Assembly: GCA_963721455.1 (NCBI GenBank)
Contig: CAVRJG010000015.1
Coordinates: forward strand, 1 to 64,000
Length of the DNA stretch: 64,000 nucleotides
From: an uncultured Methanosarcinaceae archaeon
Lineage (GTDB): Archaea; Halobacteriota; Methanosarcinia; Methanosarcinales; Methanosarcinaceae
Reading direction: 5' to 3'
In this document: positions 20,097-30,894 of the stretch, in pieces
Numbering within the stretch: position 1 is the stretch's first letter
How the letters are laid out: every line of letters starts with the position of its first letter
Made by a program: the position numbers and the translations under genes
The notes under the pieces: generated by a model
Databases searched by the model: none
Seen by the model: only the letters and a program-made list of their open reading frames with translations
What the model was told of the DNA's origin: nothing

Positions 20097-22811
20097 TTGC
20101 CATTGATTACTGGAGATATATACTGGATGTATTATGACGAAGCCGCAGATGCGGTTCTAAAAGCCCTGAACACGTCCGAAGCCGGGCTTAGTTCGGGAGA
20201 AGCGGAAAACAGGCTTGAAAAGTACGGGAAAAATGAACTCAAAGAAGAAGAAAAAATTTCGGTTGTAAAGCTGTTTCTCTCTCAGTTCAAGAGTTTTTTG
20301 ATTGTTATTTTGATGGTTGCTGCACTGGTTTCTGCCCTTCTTGGAGAGCTTATCGATGCCTTTGTGATACTGTTTACGGTACTTCTCGCAGGCGTACTTG
20401 GCTTTGTCCAGGAGTACAGGGCAGAAGAATCAATCAAACTTTTAAAATCACTGACCAGCCCCGAAGCCCTGGTAGTAAGGGACGGGAAGGAAGTAAAAAT
20501 CCCTTCAGCTCTGCTTGTCCCGGGCGATATCCTGATTTTGCAGACAGGAGACCGGATTCCTGCCGATGCCAGATTGCTTGAGGCTCTTTCCCTGAAAATT
20601 GACGAATCCTCCCTCACAGGAGAATCCGTCCCTGTAGGAAAAAGCACCGACGTTTTCCCTCCCGAAACTCCGGAGCCTGATAGGAAAAATATTGCCTACA
20701 CCGGGACTGCCGTAGCCTACGGCAGAGGAAAGGCAGTAATTACGGCAACAGGCATGAACAGTGCTTTTGGGAGACTGGCCGGGCTTCTCGGGGAAATCGA
20801 AAGGGAGAGAACTCCCCTTCAGGAAAAGCTTGACCAGTTCGGGCGCTGGCTCGGAATTGCAACTCTCGTAGTCGTGGCTTTTGTGGCAGTGCTCGGAATC
20901 CTGCAGGGTTTCTCACCCTTTGAGATGTTTCTCTGGGGCGTTGCCCTTGCTGTTGCTGCTATTCCGGAAGCTCTCCCCGCAGTTGTAACTGTCGGGCTTG
21001 CTCTCGGGGTCCGAAGAATGGTGAAGAGGCATGCTCTTGTCAGAAAACTGCCCTCTGTAGAAACTCTCGGCTCTACCAACATCATCTGTACGGATAAAAC
21101 CGGGACACTTACCCAGAACAAGATGACTGTTGAAAAGGTGTATGTAAACGGAGCTGTCTTAAACGTTACAGGCGGAGGATATGAGCCCGTAGGCGACTTT
21201 TTCAGGGGAGACACGCCTGTTTGCGAAGATGCGCATCTTAAGCCTGGTTGCGGAGACGCGCATCTTCATAGACTGCTGGTTGCAGGGGCCCTTTGTAATG
21301 ACGCAGGGCTGGTCAAGGAAGAAGGAATATGGGATATCACAGGCGACCCTACAGAGGGTGCTCTGGTGGTTGCGGCAGCTAAAGCAGGAATCTGGAAAAC
21401 TCCCCTTGAGGAAAAACACAGGCGCACCGGAGAAGTTCCCTTTTCTTCCGAGAGGAAGATGATGACTACCCTGAACAACTCCGAAGATGGGCTGTATGCG
21501 TATTCCAAAGGAGCTCCGGAAGTTATCCTTGTTTCCTGCGCGAAAATCTTCCTTGGAGGGCAGGAGGAGCAGTTAACCCCCGAAATAAGGCAAGAAATCC
21601 TGGATACCTTACATGAAATGGCAAACCAGACTCTTCGGGTTATGGGATTTGCCTATCGCAAGGTTGCAGAAAATACCCCTGCTGAAGAAGCTGAAAAAGA
21701 GATGGTTTTTGCAGGGCTGATGGGTATGCGCGATCCTCCAAGAGAAGAGGTAAAGGTTGCAATTGCCACCTGTACTAATGCGGGAATCAGGACCGTAATG
21801 ATTACAGGCGACCACAAAATCACTGCTTTTGCAATTGCAAGGGAACTTGGAATTTACCGGGAAGGAGACCTGGTCCTTGTCGGCACTGAACTCGATGCCC
21901 TGAATAACACAGAATTTGAAGAGATCGTGGAGAAGGTTTCGGTCTACGCAAGGGTGTACCCTGAACACAAGCTGAAGGTCATTGAGGCCCTTAAGAAAAA
22001 AGATTACGTGGTTGCAATGACTGGAGACGGGGTAAATGATGCTCCGGCCCTGAAAGCCGCAGATATGGGCATTGCAATGGGCATTACCGGAACGGATGTC
22101 AGTAAGGAAGCGTCCAGCATGATCCTGACAGACGACAATTTCGCATCCATTGTGTCGGCAGTCGAAGAGGGCCGGAATATATTGAAGAATATCAAAAACT
22201 TCATTGCCTACGGCCTCACCTGCCACATAGGGGTAGTCCTGATTGTCCTTGTCGGGGTGCTTGCCTGGCAGATCCTGCCTGTTATTGCCGTCCAGATCCT
22301 CTGGATCAACCTTATCACAGACGGCCTGCCTCCAATGGCGCTTTCTCTGGAAGCTCCGGACAAAGGGCTTATGAAGCAGAAGCCCAGAAAATCAAAAGAA
22401 GGGCTGGTTTCCAAAAGGATGATCATAGCAAGCCTTGGGTTAGGGGCTTTGATTGCCATCCAGTCTCTCGGAGTCATTTACTGGGCTCGCAATAACGGGG
22501 TATCTCTTCCAAAGATCCAGACTCTGGTCTTTACCCTGGTGGTTATTTCCCTGATGTTCAACGCCTTTAACTGGCGTTCGGACAGGATTTCGGTTTTCTC
22601 CATGGGAATCTTTACCAACAGGCCCCTCATTTATGCCGTCCTGAGCACAGTGCTCCTGCAGCTTGCCGTAATCTATGTCCCGATTATGCAGACGGCTTTT
22701 CGGACTGTGCCTCTCTCGCTTTCCGACTGGGCAATGATCATTCCGCTGGCTTCGACCACCCTCATAGCCATGGAGATCACAAAATATCTGGAAAGGAAAA
22801 CCCACAGCTGA
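20097..22811 (+). CDS. P-type IIA (Ca2+-type) cation-transporting ATPase
   Basis: TGES, DKTGTLT, KGAPE and TGDGVNDAPALK motifs; true start may be the ATG at 20127. Confidence 0.95.
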   Translation: MPLITGDIYWMYYDEAADAVLKALNTSEAGLSSGEAENRLEKYGKNELKEEEKISVVKLFLSQFKSFLIVILMVAALVSALLGELIDAFVILFTVLLAGVLGFVQEYRAEESIKLLKSLTSPEALVVRDGKEVKIPSALLVPGDILILQTGDRIPADARLLEALSLKIDESSLTGESVPVGKSTDVFPPETPEPDRKNIAYTGTAVAYGRGKAVITATGMNSAFGRLAGLLGEIERERTPLQEKLDQFGRWLGIATLVVVAFVAVLGILQGFSPFEMFLWGVALAVAAIPEALPAVVTVGLALGVRRMVKRHALVRKLPSVETLGSTNIICTDKTGTLTQNKMTVEKVYVNGAVLNVTGGGYEPVGDFFRGDTPVCEDAHLKPGCGDAHLHRLLVAGALCNDAGLVKEEGIWDITGDPTEGALVVAAAKAGIWKTPLEEKHRRTGEVPFSSERKMMTTLNNSEDGLYAYSKGAPEVILVSCAKIFLGGQEEQLTPEIRQEILDTLHEMANQTLRVMGFAYRKVAENTPAEEAEKEMVFAGLMGMRDPPREEVKVAIATCTNAGIRTVMITGDHKITAFAIARELGIYREGDLVLVGTELDALNNTEFEEIVEKVSVYARVYPEHKLKVIEALKKKDYVVAMTGDGVNDAPALKAADMGIAMGITGTDVSKEASSMILTDDNFASIVSAVEEGRNILKNIKNFIAYGLTCHIGVVLIVLVGVLAWQILPVIAVQILWINLITDGLPPMALSLEAPDKGLMKQKPRKSKEGLVSKRMIIASLGLGALIAIQSLGVIYWARNNGVSLPKIQTLVFTLVVISLMFNAFNWRSDRISVFSMGIFTNRPLIYAVLSTVLLQLAVIYVPIMQTAFRTVPLSLSDWAMIIPLASTTLIAMEITKYLERKTHS

Positions 22812-23161
22812 AATCAAGGAAATGGGGTCTGCTTTTAAGCAAACCCTTTTCCGACTTTTTAGAAATGTCGGGCTTATTCGTTTTTGTTAAAGCTCTTTTT
22901 TGACCTGGAAACTTTATAACCAGGCAGCTATTTCCAACCCCATTAAACAGCTAAGAGCCAAAAAATCTGCCTTGCAGTCTGCATATCAGTGCCCCTGCGC
23001 TTTTCATCATGAAAAGCACGAAACCGCGAACGTTTCTCTCAAATACGATTGCTGCGATTCTGATACAGAAGGCGACACTGGGAAAGAGTAGAATCTGTCC
23101 AGGCAACGGTCACTGACAAGATATTAGGAGAGATGGAGAAAATGGCAACTTTATTTTATAG

Positions 23162-23320
23162 GAAAAAGCCCGACGCGAATTGCGTCGGGAAATGGTGACT
23201 GATGATGGCGGGAGAAGTGAACCCGCATTTATCAGGATATGGCTGATCAGGCCCCTGTTTTTCGACATGATTAAAATGGCCCGTTTTTCAAAGGTTTTTC
23301 AAGATCCCACTTTGAACATA
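23162..23320 (-). ncRNA. Candidate ~160-nt sRNA with three hairpins and a U-rich terminator
   Basis: Minus-strand TATA-like GATTAAATA (~23340-23348). Hairpins TTCAAAG/CTTTGAA, CTGAT..GCGGG/CCCGC..ATCAG and CCCGACGC/GCGTCGGG, the last followed by CTTTTT. Confidence 0.5.
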
Positions 23321-23569
23321 CATATCTAAGACTTGTGTGTATTTAATCCTTTCTGAACAAATTTTTATATTAATTTTATATAAATATTCCAGTTAGAACG
23401 TGTATTATCAGGAGGATATTTTTTGCTAGCCCTGTGGTCTGCAACCACTTCTGAGGAATCAAATAGAGAAATTAACGGGAAAGATTTAGGCAGGATTCCC
23501 GCGATGAAAAAAATCAGAGGTAAATCGAAATCCTTTTTGGTCTGTCTTTTCACTCGTTTAACTCTTTAC

Positions 23570-24205
23570 TTACTTATGGGACAGAGCAAGTTTTACTCCT
23601 ATCATGGTATAAATACCGGCTTTTCCCCAGTTGATGTACCTGCCAATTCCAAGCCTCTGCGTTATTTTCTCGCTGACGGTTCCTGCAAAGACCGAGATTG
23701 CGGAAAAGATCAGCCAGGCCTGGACCATGAATATTATTCCCAGAAACATCATCTGCATCGGGGCATTTCCTGATCCTGGATTCACGAACTGGGGCAGGAA
23801 TGCGAGGGAAAAGAGGGCAACTTTGGGGTTTAAGACATTCATAAAGATCCCGCGCCTGTAAAGGGCAAAGGCATCGGCTTCCCGGACAGAGGCAGAAGAA
23901 ATCAGTTCTTCACTTTCTTTTAAGGCATTCCAGGCAAGGTAGAGGAGGTAGGCTGCACCTGCGTATTTTACAATTTCAAAGGCAAGGGCGGATTCATATA
24001 AAAGAGCTGAAATGCCAAGAGCTGCTGCAGTTGTGTGAACCAGCACACCTGTACAAAGGCCGGATGCGGTTGCAACTCCTGCTTTTTTGCCCTGCGAAAT
24101 GCTCTGGGTGAGCACAAATAGAATGTCAGGGCCCGGAAGAAGCGTAAGTGCAGCAGAGGCTGCAATAAAATAGATTAACTGCGACTGTTCTATCAAGTTT
24201 CTCAC
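23570..24205 (-). CDS. LysE/RhtB-family amino acid exporter
   Basis: LPGPD, KYAGAAYLLYLAW and NVLNPKVALF motifs. Confidence 0.92.
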   Translation of the reverse strand: MRNLIEQSQLIYFIAASAALTLLPGPDILFVLTQSISQGKKAGVATASGLCTGVLVHTTAAALGISALLYESALAFEIVKYAGAAYLLYLAWNALKESEELISSASVREADAFALYRRGIFMNVLNPKVALFSLAFLPQFVNPGSGNAPMQMMFLGIIFMVQAWLIFSAISVFAGTVSEKITQRLGIGRYINWGKAGIYTMIGVKLALSHK

Positions 24206-24283
24206 TTTTTCCTTTTATATACCATTGTTCAAAAAATTAATTATATCTCCTGTAATAAAGGATTTCTGCAGAACATTCGCGTA

Positions 24284-25066
24284 TTATTGGATTTCCTGCT
24301 TAAGAATCTCATAAAATCTCTCCTTTGCCTCTCTTTCAATCCACGGCCTGTGCCCGCATTTTTCCAGTAAAATGAACCTGAAGTCCTTCAAAATCCGGAA
24401 AAGAGGCTTCCTGACTCCTTCAAAAGGATGTGGGTCGTAATCGCCGTGGACTGCAACTACCTGGCAGCGGATCTCTCTTCCGAGTTCAAGCAGTTTCCCG
24501 CTGCCTCTCAATATACTGGCTTCTTCCCAGATGCCTTTGAAAATCTCGTAGCTGCACTCAAGCAGCTCGTCCTCATGGGGAAGAGGGTCATAAGCGTCTG
24601 CTTTTGACATTAACTTTCCAAAGCCGCACAGGGCCTCGTTCCTGTTTTTAGCCGCAGGACCGTTCAGGGTCTCAGTCAGGTTGATGAAATTTGCCCAATC
24701 TTTTTTCCCAAGTCGGCTTATCCGGGTTTTCATTATGTTTGCAGCATATTTTTCTTCGTAGGGGCCGCTGCTGATAAGTATCAGTTTTTTTACAAATTGA
24801 GGGTGTAGCGCAGTAAATATAAAGCTGAGCATCGCACCCCAGGAAAAACCGATTAATGTAACCGGCAGGTTTCCGTGCTCTTCCAGAACCTCTTTCAGCT
24901 CCCTGACCTGCCCTTCAAGGGTTACTGCTGTCTGGAGCGGTTCAAGCACGCCTCCGAGAGAAGAGAGTTCTCTTGCAACTGAAGCCATTTCTCCTGGGGC
25001 GCCTGGGCCGCCGTGAATAACAGCAAGATTAAAAGGAGGGTTTCCGTATGTTCGCAGGTTTTTCAT
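24284..25066 (-). CDS. Alpha/beta hydrolase
   Basis: HGGPG, GFSWG nucleophile elbow, HGDYD and GHRPW motifs. Confidence 0.9.
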   Translation of the reverse strand: MKNLRTYGNPPFNLAVIHGGPGAPGEMASVARELSSLGGVLEPLQTAVTLEGQVRELKEVLEEHGNLPVTLIGFSWGAMLSFIFTALHPQFVKKLILISSGPYEEKYAANIMKTRISRLGKKDWANFINLTETLNGPAAKNRNEALCGFGKLMSKADAYDPLPHEDELLECSYEIFKGIWEEASILRGSGKLLELGREIRCQVVAVHGDYDPHPFEGVRKPLFRILKDFRFILLEKCGHRPWIEREAKERFYEILKQEIQ

Positions 25067-25186
25067 GCTTATATCGGGTTAAGCTTTTTTTATTTAAAAG
25101 AAGATGGGTTTTCAAATTTCTCGGTTTTCACTTCTCAGTTTCGTAACTGTTATATACAACTCTATTCCTTCGGTATCTATTCTTGT

Positions 25187-25204
25187 TAGTTGCATATGTA
25201 ACCA
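25187..25204. promoter_or_regulatory. Putative MarR-type operator TAGTT-N8-AACCA
   Basis: Imperfect palindrome between a TATA-like TTATATA (~25150) and the Bcr/CflA start; same pattern at 36357 and 36429. Confidence 0.45.
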
Positions 25205-25237
25205 TTTTGTCGACTAAAAACGAAAAAGGATACTGTT

Positions 25238-26452
25238 ATGGCTTTTCAACAAAAAAAGACTAATTCTAATGAATCTCTAAAGAGGAATTTGAAAGGGACA
25301 GTGCCGTTGCTTGCTCTTCTGACTGCTTTTCCTGCACTGTCAACGGATATGATCCTGCCTGCAATTCCTTCCCTTGCCAAAGCCTGGAATCAGCCCCTGT
25401 CTGTAATTAACCTGATCCTGGTATGCTTTTTCGTTACCTATGGTTTTTTCCTTCTTTTCTACGGCCCTATTTCCGACAGGTTTGGCCGCCGCCGCCCTCT
25501 CCTTTTTGGGCTTGCAGTATATATAGTTGCAAGCTTTTTCTGCGCCTTTGCTTCAAACGTTTCCATGCTGATCCTCTCCCGCATGCTGCAGGCCGCAGGA
25601 GCCGCTGCCAGCTCCTCCATTTCGCTGGCAATGACCAGGGATATTTTCTCAGGGAAGGAGAGAGAAAGGATTCTGGCTTACACAGCCGTTATTATGGCTC
25701 TTGCCCCTATGCTTGCCCCTGTAATTGGCGGCTGGATCCTTGCTGACTTTTCCTGGCCCTGGATCTTTATTGTGCAGGCGCTGATGGGAGGAATCGGGAT
25801 ACTTGGGGTGCTTCGTTTTCCAGAGACTCTCTCTTCGGTATCAGATGCTCCTTTTTCCAGGATCATGCATGCCTACGGCCGGCTGATGCTCAATCCCCTC
25901 TACCTGGTAATGGTCCTGATAATGTCAGTCAGCCTTTTTCCTCTTTACAGTTTCGTTGCAGGCTCTTCTACTATTTATGTCAACGAATTCGGGCTGAACG
26001 AGCAAAAGTACAGCTACTTCTTTGCCTTCAATGCGCTTGCAATTATGGTCGGCTCCATTTCCTGCCTCAGGTTAAGAAGGTTCGTCAGCTCAGGACATTT
26101 AATGACTATTGGTTTTACAGGGATCTTCCTGGGAGGAATTTTCCTCTTTGCTACCGGCCAGCACGGGCCCTGGAGCTTTGCCCTTCCAATGTTCCTTATC
26201 ACGTTTTCTATCGGGCTGAGCCGGCCCCCAAGCAACAACCTTGTGCTGGAACAGGTAGACAGGGATGCGGGCTCGGCTTCTTCCCTGCTGATTTTCACCT
26301 ATTTCACTCTGGGAGCAGCTGGCATGTGGCTTATCTCCCTGGAATGGGCAGATAAGATCCCGGTGCTCGGGGCCATTGCCATGAGCTGCGGATTTCTGGT
26401 GCTCGCGGCATGGTTTATTTTACAGAAGAGAGGTATCGAGGGTACCGCTTAA
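25238..26452 (+). CDS. Bcr/CflA-family MFS drug efflux transporter
   Basis: STDMILPAIP, GPISDRFGRRRP and APVIGGWI motifs; ~12 TM segments. Confidence 0.9.
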   Translation: MAFQQKKTNSNESLKRNLKGTVPLLALLTAFPALSTDMILPAIPSLAKAWNQPLSVINLILVCFFVTYGFFLLFYGPISDRFGRRRPLLFGLAVYIVASFFCAFASNVSMLILSRMLQAAGAAASSSISLAMTRDIFSGKERERILAYTAVIMALAPMLAPVIGGWILADFSWPWIFIVQALMGGIGILGVLRFPETLSSVSDAPFSRIMHAYGRLMLNPLYLVMVLIMSVSLFPLYSFVAGSSTIYVNEFGLNEQKYSYFFAFNALAIMVGSISCLRLRRFVSSGHLMTIGFTGIFLGGIFLFATGQHGPWSFALPMFLITFSIGLSRPPSNNLVLEQVDRDAGSASSLLIFTYFTLGAAGMWLISLEWADKIPVLGAIAMSCGFLVLAAWFILQKRGIEGTA

Positions 26453-26886
26453 ACCTTAGTATACTGTCCTGGATTACTCAAATATTCCGGAGTACTCGAT
26501 ATAAGCCGTTAAACCTCTCTAAAGAAGTTCAACTGCTTTTGTTTTTTGCAGTTTTACTCAGGCTTTTAGTTTTTATTTGCCGTCCACCTTATATGGTTGA
26601 TGTTTTTGAGTAAAAAGGAATTGATGGCAGCTCTAAATCGTCAATTGTACCCATACAACCAGAATTCGGTATCTCAGATCTTTTTTGACCTTACGTGCAA
26701 GCCCGGTTTTTTAAAGTAAAAAAGAAGAGAAAAAAGAAAAAGTCAAAAAGTAAAAGCAACCGAAAAAACCCGTGAAAACCAGTGGGGTAGCAATAGAACA
26801 GAATTAGAATATTATTTATAAATAATTTTTTTGAGTCACGAGGAAGTGGCTTTATAGCTCCTTTTTGATAACTGTCACGCATGGTT

Positions 26887-27564
26887 TTAATTCTGTGCCT
26901 CCAGAGCTTTCTGTCGCTTTACGAACCTGGCTCCCATCTCAAAGGCTTTCTCACAGTCCTGCGGGAACACTTCTTTTCGCCTTTTTGCCTTTTCCACGGG
27001 GTCAAACCTATCGGCAACATACTTTGAATAATCATCGAACTGGTATGTATCGGTACTGTACAGCGATTCGGAATATCCGAAGATTCTCGTTGCAAGAGTT
27101 TCATTTAATTCAATAATTTTATTGAGACCAAACATATCGAAGTTTTCTTCCTTTACCCCCATTGTGTAGATGAATCCAACAGGGATATTTTTCGGATAGA
27201 GCGAGGGTAAGTCATTAGAGTAAACAAGAAAAGGAAATATATAGCGCTCCATGAACGACCTCATCTCGCCCGTAGAATTCCCAAGATAGATGGGGGACCC
27301 AAGTATAACTGCATCAGCATCTTTCAACTTATCCAGCACATGTGTCAGCTCATCCTTCATCGCGCATTTTCCATAGCTTTTTCCATCCTTTAATTTACAG
27401 GCAAAACAACTCGTACACCCTTTAAAATTGAGATCATAGAGATGGATTATTTCTGTTTCTGCACCCTCAGTTTCTGCACCTTCAAGAGCTTTCTCAAGCA
27501 GGGTTGCTGTATTCCATTTCTTTCTAGGGCTTCCGTTTATTGCTATTACTTTCATGATTTTCAC
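26887..27564 (-). CDS. Flavodoxin-family / iron-sulfur flavoprotein (NADPH-dependent FMN reductase fold)
   Basis: INGSPRKKWNT, CxxCxxC...C and GSPIYLG motifs. Confidence 0.9.
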   Translation of the reverse strand: MKIMKVIAINGSPRKKWNTATLLEKALEGAETEGAETEIIHLYDLNFKGCTSCFACKLKDGKSYGKCAMKDELTHVLDKLKDADAVILGSPIYLGNSTGEMRSFMERYIFPFLVYSNDLPSLYPKNIPVGFIYTMGVKEENFDMFGLNKIIELNETLATRIFGYSESLYSTDTYQFDDYSKYVADRFDPVEKAKRRKEVFPQDCEKAFEMGARFVKRQKALEAQN

Positions 27565-27627
27565 CTCTTACTTTCAACTTCTTTTACACTTATATTCGCA
27601 ATGTGGGTACTGAGTTTTCTGTATGCG

Positions 27628-27680
27628 ATCACTACGGTTATAGGATTCACTACGGTTATAGGTTTCACTACGTTACAGAT
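27628..27680. repeat. 18-bp tandem repeat TCACTACGGTTATAGG(A/T)T x~3
   Basis: Direct reading; upstream of the flavoprotein gene. Confidence 0.75.
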
Positions 27681-28050
27681 TATTACGGTATCCTCTAATA
27701 GCCAAAAACCTGGAAGAAAGAACAGTTCTTTAGAAAATCCTTCCCAGAAGTCGAAGTAGTGAATTTTTACTGAAAAGCTGCGGAGGAAGAGAGCATTATA
27801 ATGAGTAGGATGTTGAGCCCTGGGAAAATTTCCAAGCAGGATGTTTTGGCCTACTAACCTGCGTTTTCTCTGGTTATAAGTAATTTTATAAGCCAGTATA
27901 AAGATATATAAATTATTTATTAAGTTAGCATATCTTATCTAATATTGTGAAAAACTCCGAGTTATCAACTCCAGTATTTTTAAGATTCGACATCTAAGGG
28001 ATACTAACCGCCTTCCAGTCTACTGATGTCTTTCCAGAGTTGAGAATTTC

Positions 28051-29022
28051 ATGAATAAGCAAAAAGCTATACGGATACCAGTACTAGTTTTCCTCTTTTT
28101 TATACTGTGTTTTTTCAGCCCTTTTCTTATTTATGCACTCTTTGACAGTTCCTGGTACTATTCCGAAGAAGTTGATATCGGGTCTCTTGATTACAGTTCC
28201 ACACTTACGAAAGCGGAGAAAGCCGGCTATGAAGTGGAAGGTTCCTGGCCCTGGCCCGGAAACTTTTCGGGTTTTGAGCCAGGGGATGTCCAGGAGATCC
28301 GGGAAAACTTTGGAAATGCTGCTCTCGTACAGGATATAAGGCTTAACTATAATGAAGACTCCGAGCTTATGATTTTCACATGTGAAGACAGGCCGGAACA
28401 AGGCACTGGAACTTGTGTGGCCATTTCGAACTTTAGCCACTCCGATCCTGATTCCCCCTTACAGCTATCGGAATTTCCAGATGACTCCTGGATGCTTGAA
28501 AAACTCGGTCTCCTCTTCGGCCCGGATGAAAAAGATCCGGAAAAGTATCTTGAGGCTCTGAAAAAAGCCTCACAAAACCAGACATGGGACGCTGAAATAC
28601 AGGTGAACGAGTCTCCGGATTTCCCGGCTGTATATGCCTATCTTACAGAAAACAGTGATGATTCCGATTCCAGTTACAATTCCGGTTTGGGTTTTTATGG
28701 ATACCCCAGGATAGGTTCGGATACGAAAGAAGTCTTTTTAAAGGACGGGAACCAGATGGGTTCAGTAAGGTATTTTGTCCCAGAGGCAAGGGTAGTAACT
28801 TATGATAAGGGGAACAGATACGTAGGGAACAGGTACATAGTTGAACTCGATTCCTCAGGAAGGGTCAGGCTCGAAATCATAATGCATGTCGGAAGCAGTG
28901 GGGAAACGATACCTGAAGAGGAATATCGCGCATTTTTCAGGGAAATGTTTGAAGAATTAGGGCTTTCTCCTGAAGCGGTGGACAGCTTTGAATTTTTTGC
29001 CAGCTCTTCACGGGTGTGGTGA
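28051..29022 (+). CDS. Hypothetical N-terminally membrane-anchored acidic protein
   Basis: 323-aa ORF with one N-terminal hydrophobic segment. Confidence 0.75.
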   Translation: MNKQKAIRIPVLVFLFFILCFFSPFLIYALFDSSWYYSEEVDIGSLDYSSTLTKAEKAGYEVEGSWPWPGNFSGFEPGDVQEIRENFGNAALVQDIRLNYNEDSELMIFTCEDRPEQGTGTCVAISNFSHSDPDSPLQLSEFPDDSWMLEKLGLLFGPDEKDPEKYLEALKKASQNQTWDAEIQVNESPDFPAVYAYLTENSDDSDSSYNSGLGFYGYPRIGSDTKEVFLKDGNQMGSVRYFVPEARVVTYDKGNRYVGNRYIVELDSSGRVRLEIIMHVGSSGETIPEEEYRAFFREMFEELGLSPEAVDSFEFFASSSRVW

Positions 29023-29214
29023 AACTGCCTGAAACTTAAGTGGTTTCTTTATCTACAGGGAACTGAAATTTGTAAATAATTTTAAAAATATAAAAGTGGT
29101 ATAGGAGACAGAAACTCTGAAAGAGGGCTAACTAAATATATTTAGTATGTCTTTATTAACTTATCTTAAAAATAAACCAAATATCCCCCATAAAAGTTCT
29201 AGGCTAATGACAAT

Positions 29215-30894
29215 ATGATACGTAAAAGACTTCATCGTTATTCCATGTTAAAAAGATATGGCCAGATAATTGAGGTTCTCCAAAAGTATGGGTTTGGATA
29301 TATTGTTGACCAGATAGGTTTGAGCAGTATCAGGGACTTGACCTATAAGTTTAAGAATAAAGATAAGGTGAACAGGCTCAATAATCCAGGACCTGTTAGA
29401 GTACGTAAGATCCTTGAAGAACTGGGTCCGACCTACATCAAGTTAGGTCAATTATTAAGCATGAGGCATGACCTTATTCCTCTTGAATATGCCGCCGAGT
29501 TTGCAAAACTTCAGGATGATGTGCCATCCTTTGATTTTGAAGAAGTTGGGGTAATTATAAAAGAAGAACTCGGAAATTCCATCGAGGAATTGTTCGACTA
29601 TTTTGATAAGAAACCACTAGCTTGTGCGTCTATTGGACAGGTGCATCGGGCAAAGATAAAAGATGGTGATGACGTTGTTGTTAAGGTCCAGCGGCCAGGC
29701 ATAAAAAAAGTAATAGAATCAGATCTGGATATTATGTACAGTATGGCCAGACTTTTGAATGAACACATGCCCGAGGCAAGACTATACAGACCAATTGAAA
29801 TTGTTGATGAGTTATCTCGCAGTATTCTTGAAGAAATAGATTATACTCAGGAAGGATGGAACACAGATCGTTTTGCATACAATTTTAGAGATAACAAGCA
29901 AATTCACATTCCAAAAGTTCATTGGAGTTACACAAGCAAACGAGTACTTACCCTGGAATATATCGAAGGTATAAAAGCTAGTCATGTAGATTTAGTGGAA
30001 AAGCAGGGATTAAACAGAAGCAAAATAGCTCTTGTCGTGGGAGAAGCTTTCATGCAGCAGGTATTCAATGATGGCTTCTTCCATGCCGACCTACATCCTG
30101 GAAACATACTGATAATGGAAGATGGAGATGTAGCATTTCTTGATTTTGGGATGACAGGGTACCTTTCCTCAGAAATGAGAGATATGTTCCTGGATGGCTT
30201 GACAGCGTTAGTTAAAGGGGATAGTTCGCTCTTAGTAGAATTATCCCGGGATATGGGTTGTATAGATTATCATGTAGACACACGATCCTTGAAAGTTGAC
30301 ATTGAATACTTTCGCTCTAAATACTATGGTAGGGCTCCGAAAAATCTTGAAGCTTCTATAATAATTGAAGAGTTAATAAGTATTTTAAGAGAGCATCAAG
30401 TTGTAGTACCTCATAATATAGCCTTATTAGTAAGAGGTATAGTGGCTGTAGAAGGATTTGGACTGATAATTGATCCCAATTTTAAGATAAATGAGCTTAT
30501 CGAACCTTATGCGAAAAAAGAAATAGAGGAGCGTTATCATCCGCAAAATCTGGCTCGCACAACCTACAGCAGCATTTTAAGCTGGTCACGCTTATTCCAA
30601 AAAGCACCGACCAAAATATCACATCTACTTGATCATGCTGAAGACGGTTATTTAAGAATAAAGTTTGAATCGGAGGAAGGTAACCGGCTAATATCCGAAA
30701 TAAACATTGCAAGTAATCGTCTATCTTTCAGTTTGATTGTCTCTGCAATGATCGTCGCTTCATCTCTGGTCGCTCAGACAAATATGAAACCTTTCCTGTG
30801 GGGCGTGCCTCTTCTTGGCATGCTAGGTTTCTTGATCGCCAGTCTCTTTGGGATGTGGCTTGTATTTAATATGTTAAGGACAGGTAGGGTATGA
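29215..30894 (+). CDS. AarF/UbiB (ABC1) family atypical kinase
   Basis: LGPTYIKLGQ, ASIGQVHRA, VKVQRP, HADLHPGN and DFG motifs. Confidence 0.93.
   Translation: MIRKRLHRYSMLKRYGQIIEVLQKYGFGYIVDQIGLSSIRDLTYKFKNKDKVNRLNNPGPVRVRKILEELGPTYIKLGQLLSMRHDLIPLEYAAEFAKLQDDVPSFDFEEVGVIIKEELGNSIEELFDYFDKKPLACASIGQVHRAKIKDGDDVVVKVQRPGIKKVIESDLDIMYSMARLLNEHMPEARLYRPIEIVDELSRSILEEIDYTQEGWNTDRFAYNFRDNKQIHIPKVHWSYTSKRVLTLEYIEGIKASHVDLVEKQGLNRSKIALVVGEAFMQQVFNDGFFHADLHPGNILIMEDGDVAFLDFGMTGYLSSEMRDMFLDGLTALVKGDSSLLVELSRDMGCIDYHVDTRSLKVDIEYFRSKYYGRAPKNLEASIIIEELISILREHQVVVPHNIALLVRGIVAVEGFGLIIDPNFKINELIEPYAKKEIEERYHPQNLARTTYSSILSWSRLFQKAPTKISHLLDHAEDGYLRIKFESEEGNRLISEINIASNRLSFSLIVSAMIVASSLVAQTNMKPFLWGVPLLGMLGFLIASLFGMWLVFNMLRTGRV

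Noticed and set aside
23110-23268. 52-codon minus-strand ORF (MSKNRGLISH...) overlapping the sRNA candidate
   Set aside because: No SD, it runs through the terminator hairpin, and it has no recognisable features. The RNA-structure explanation is preferred, though coding is not excluded.
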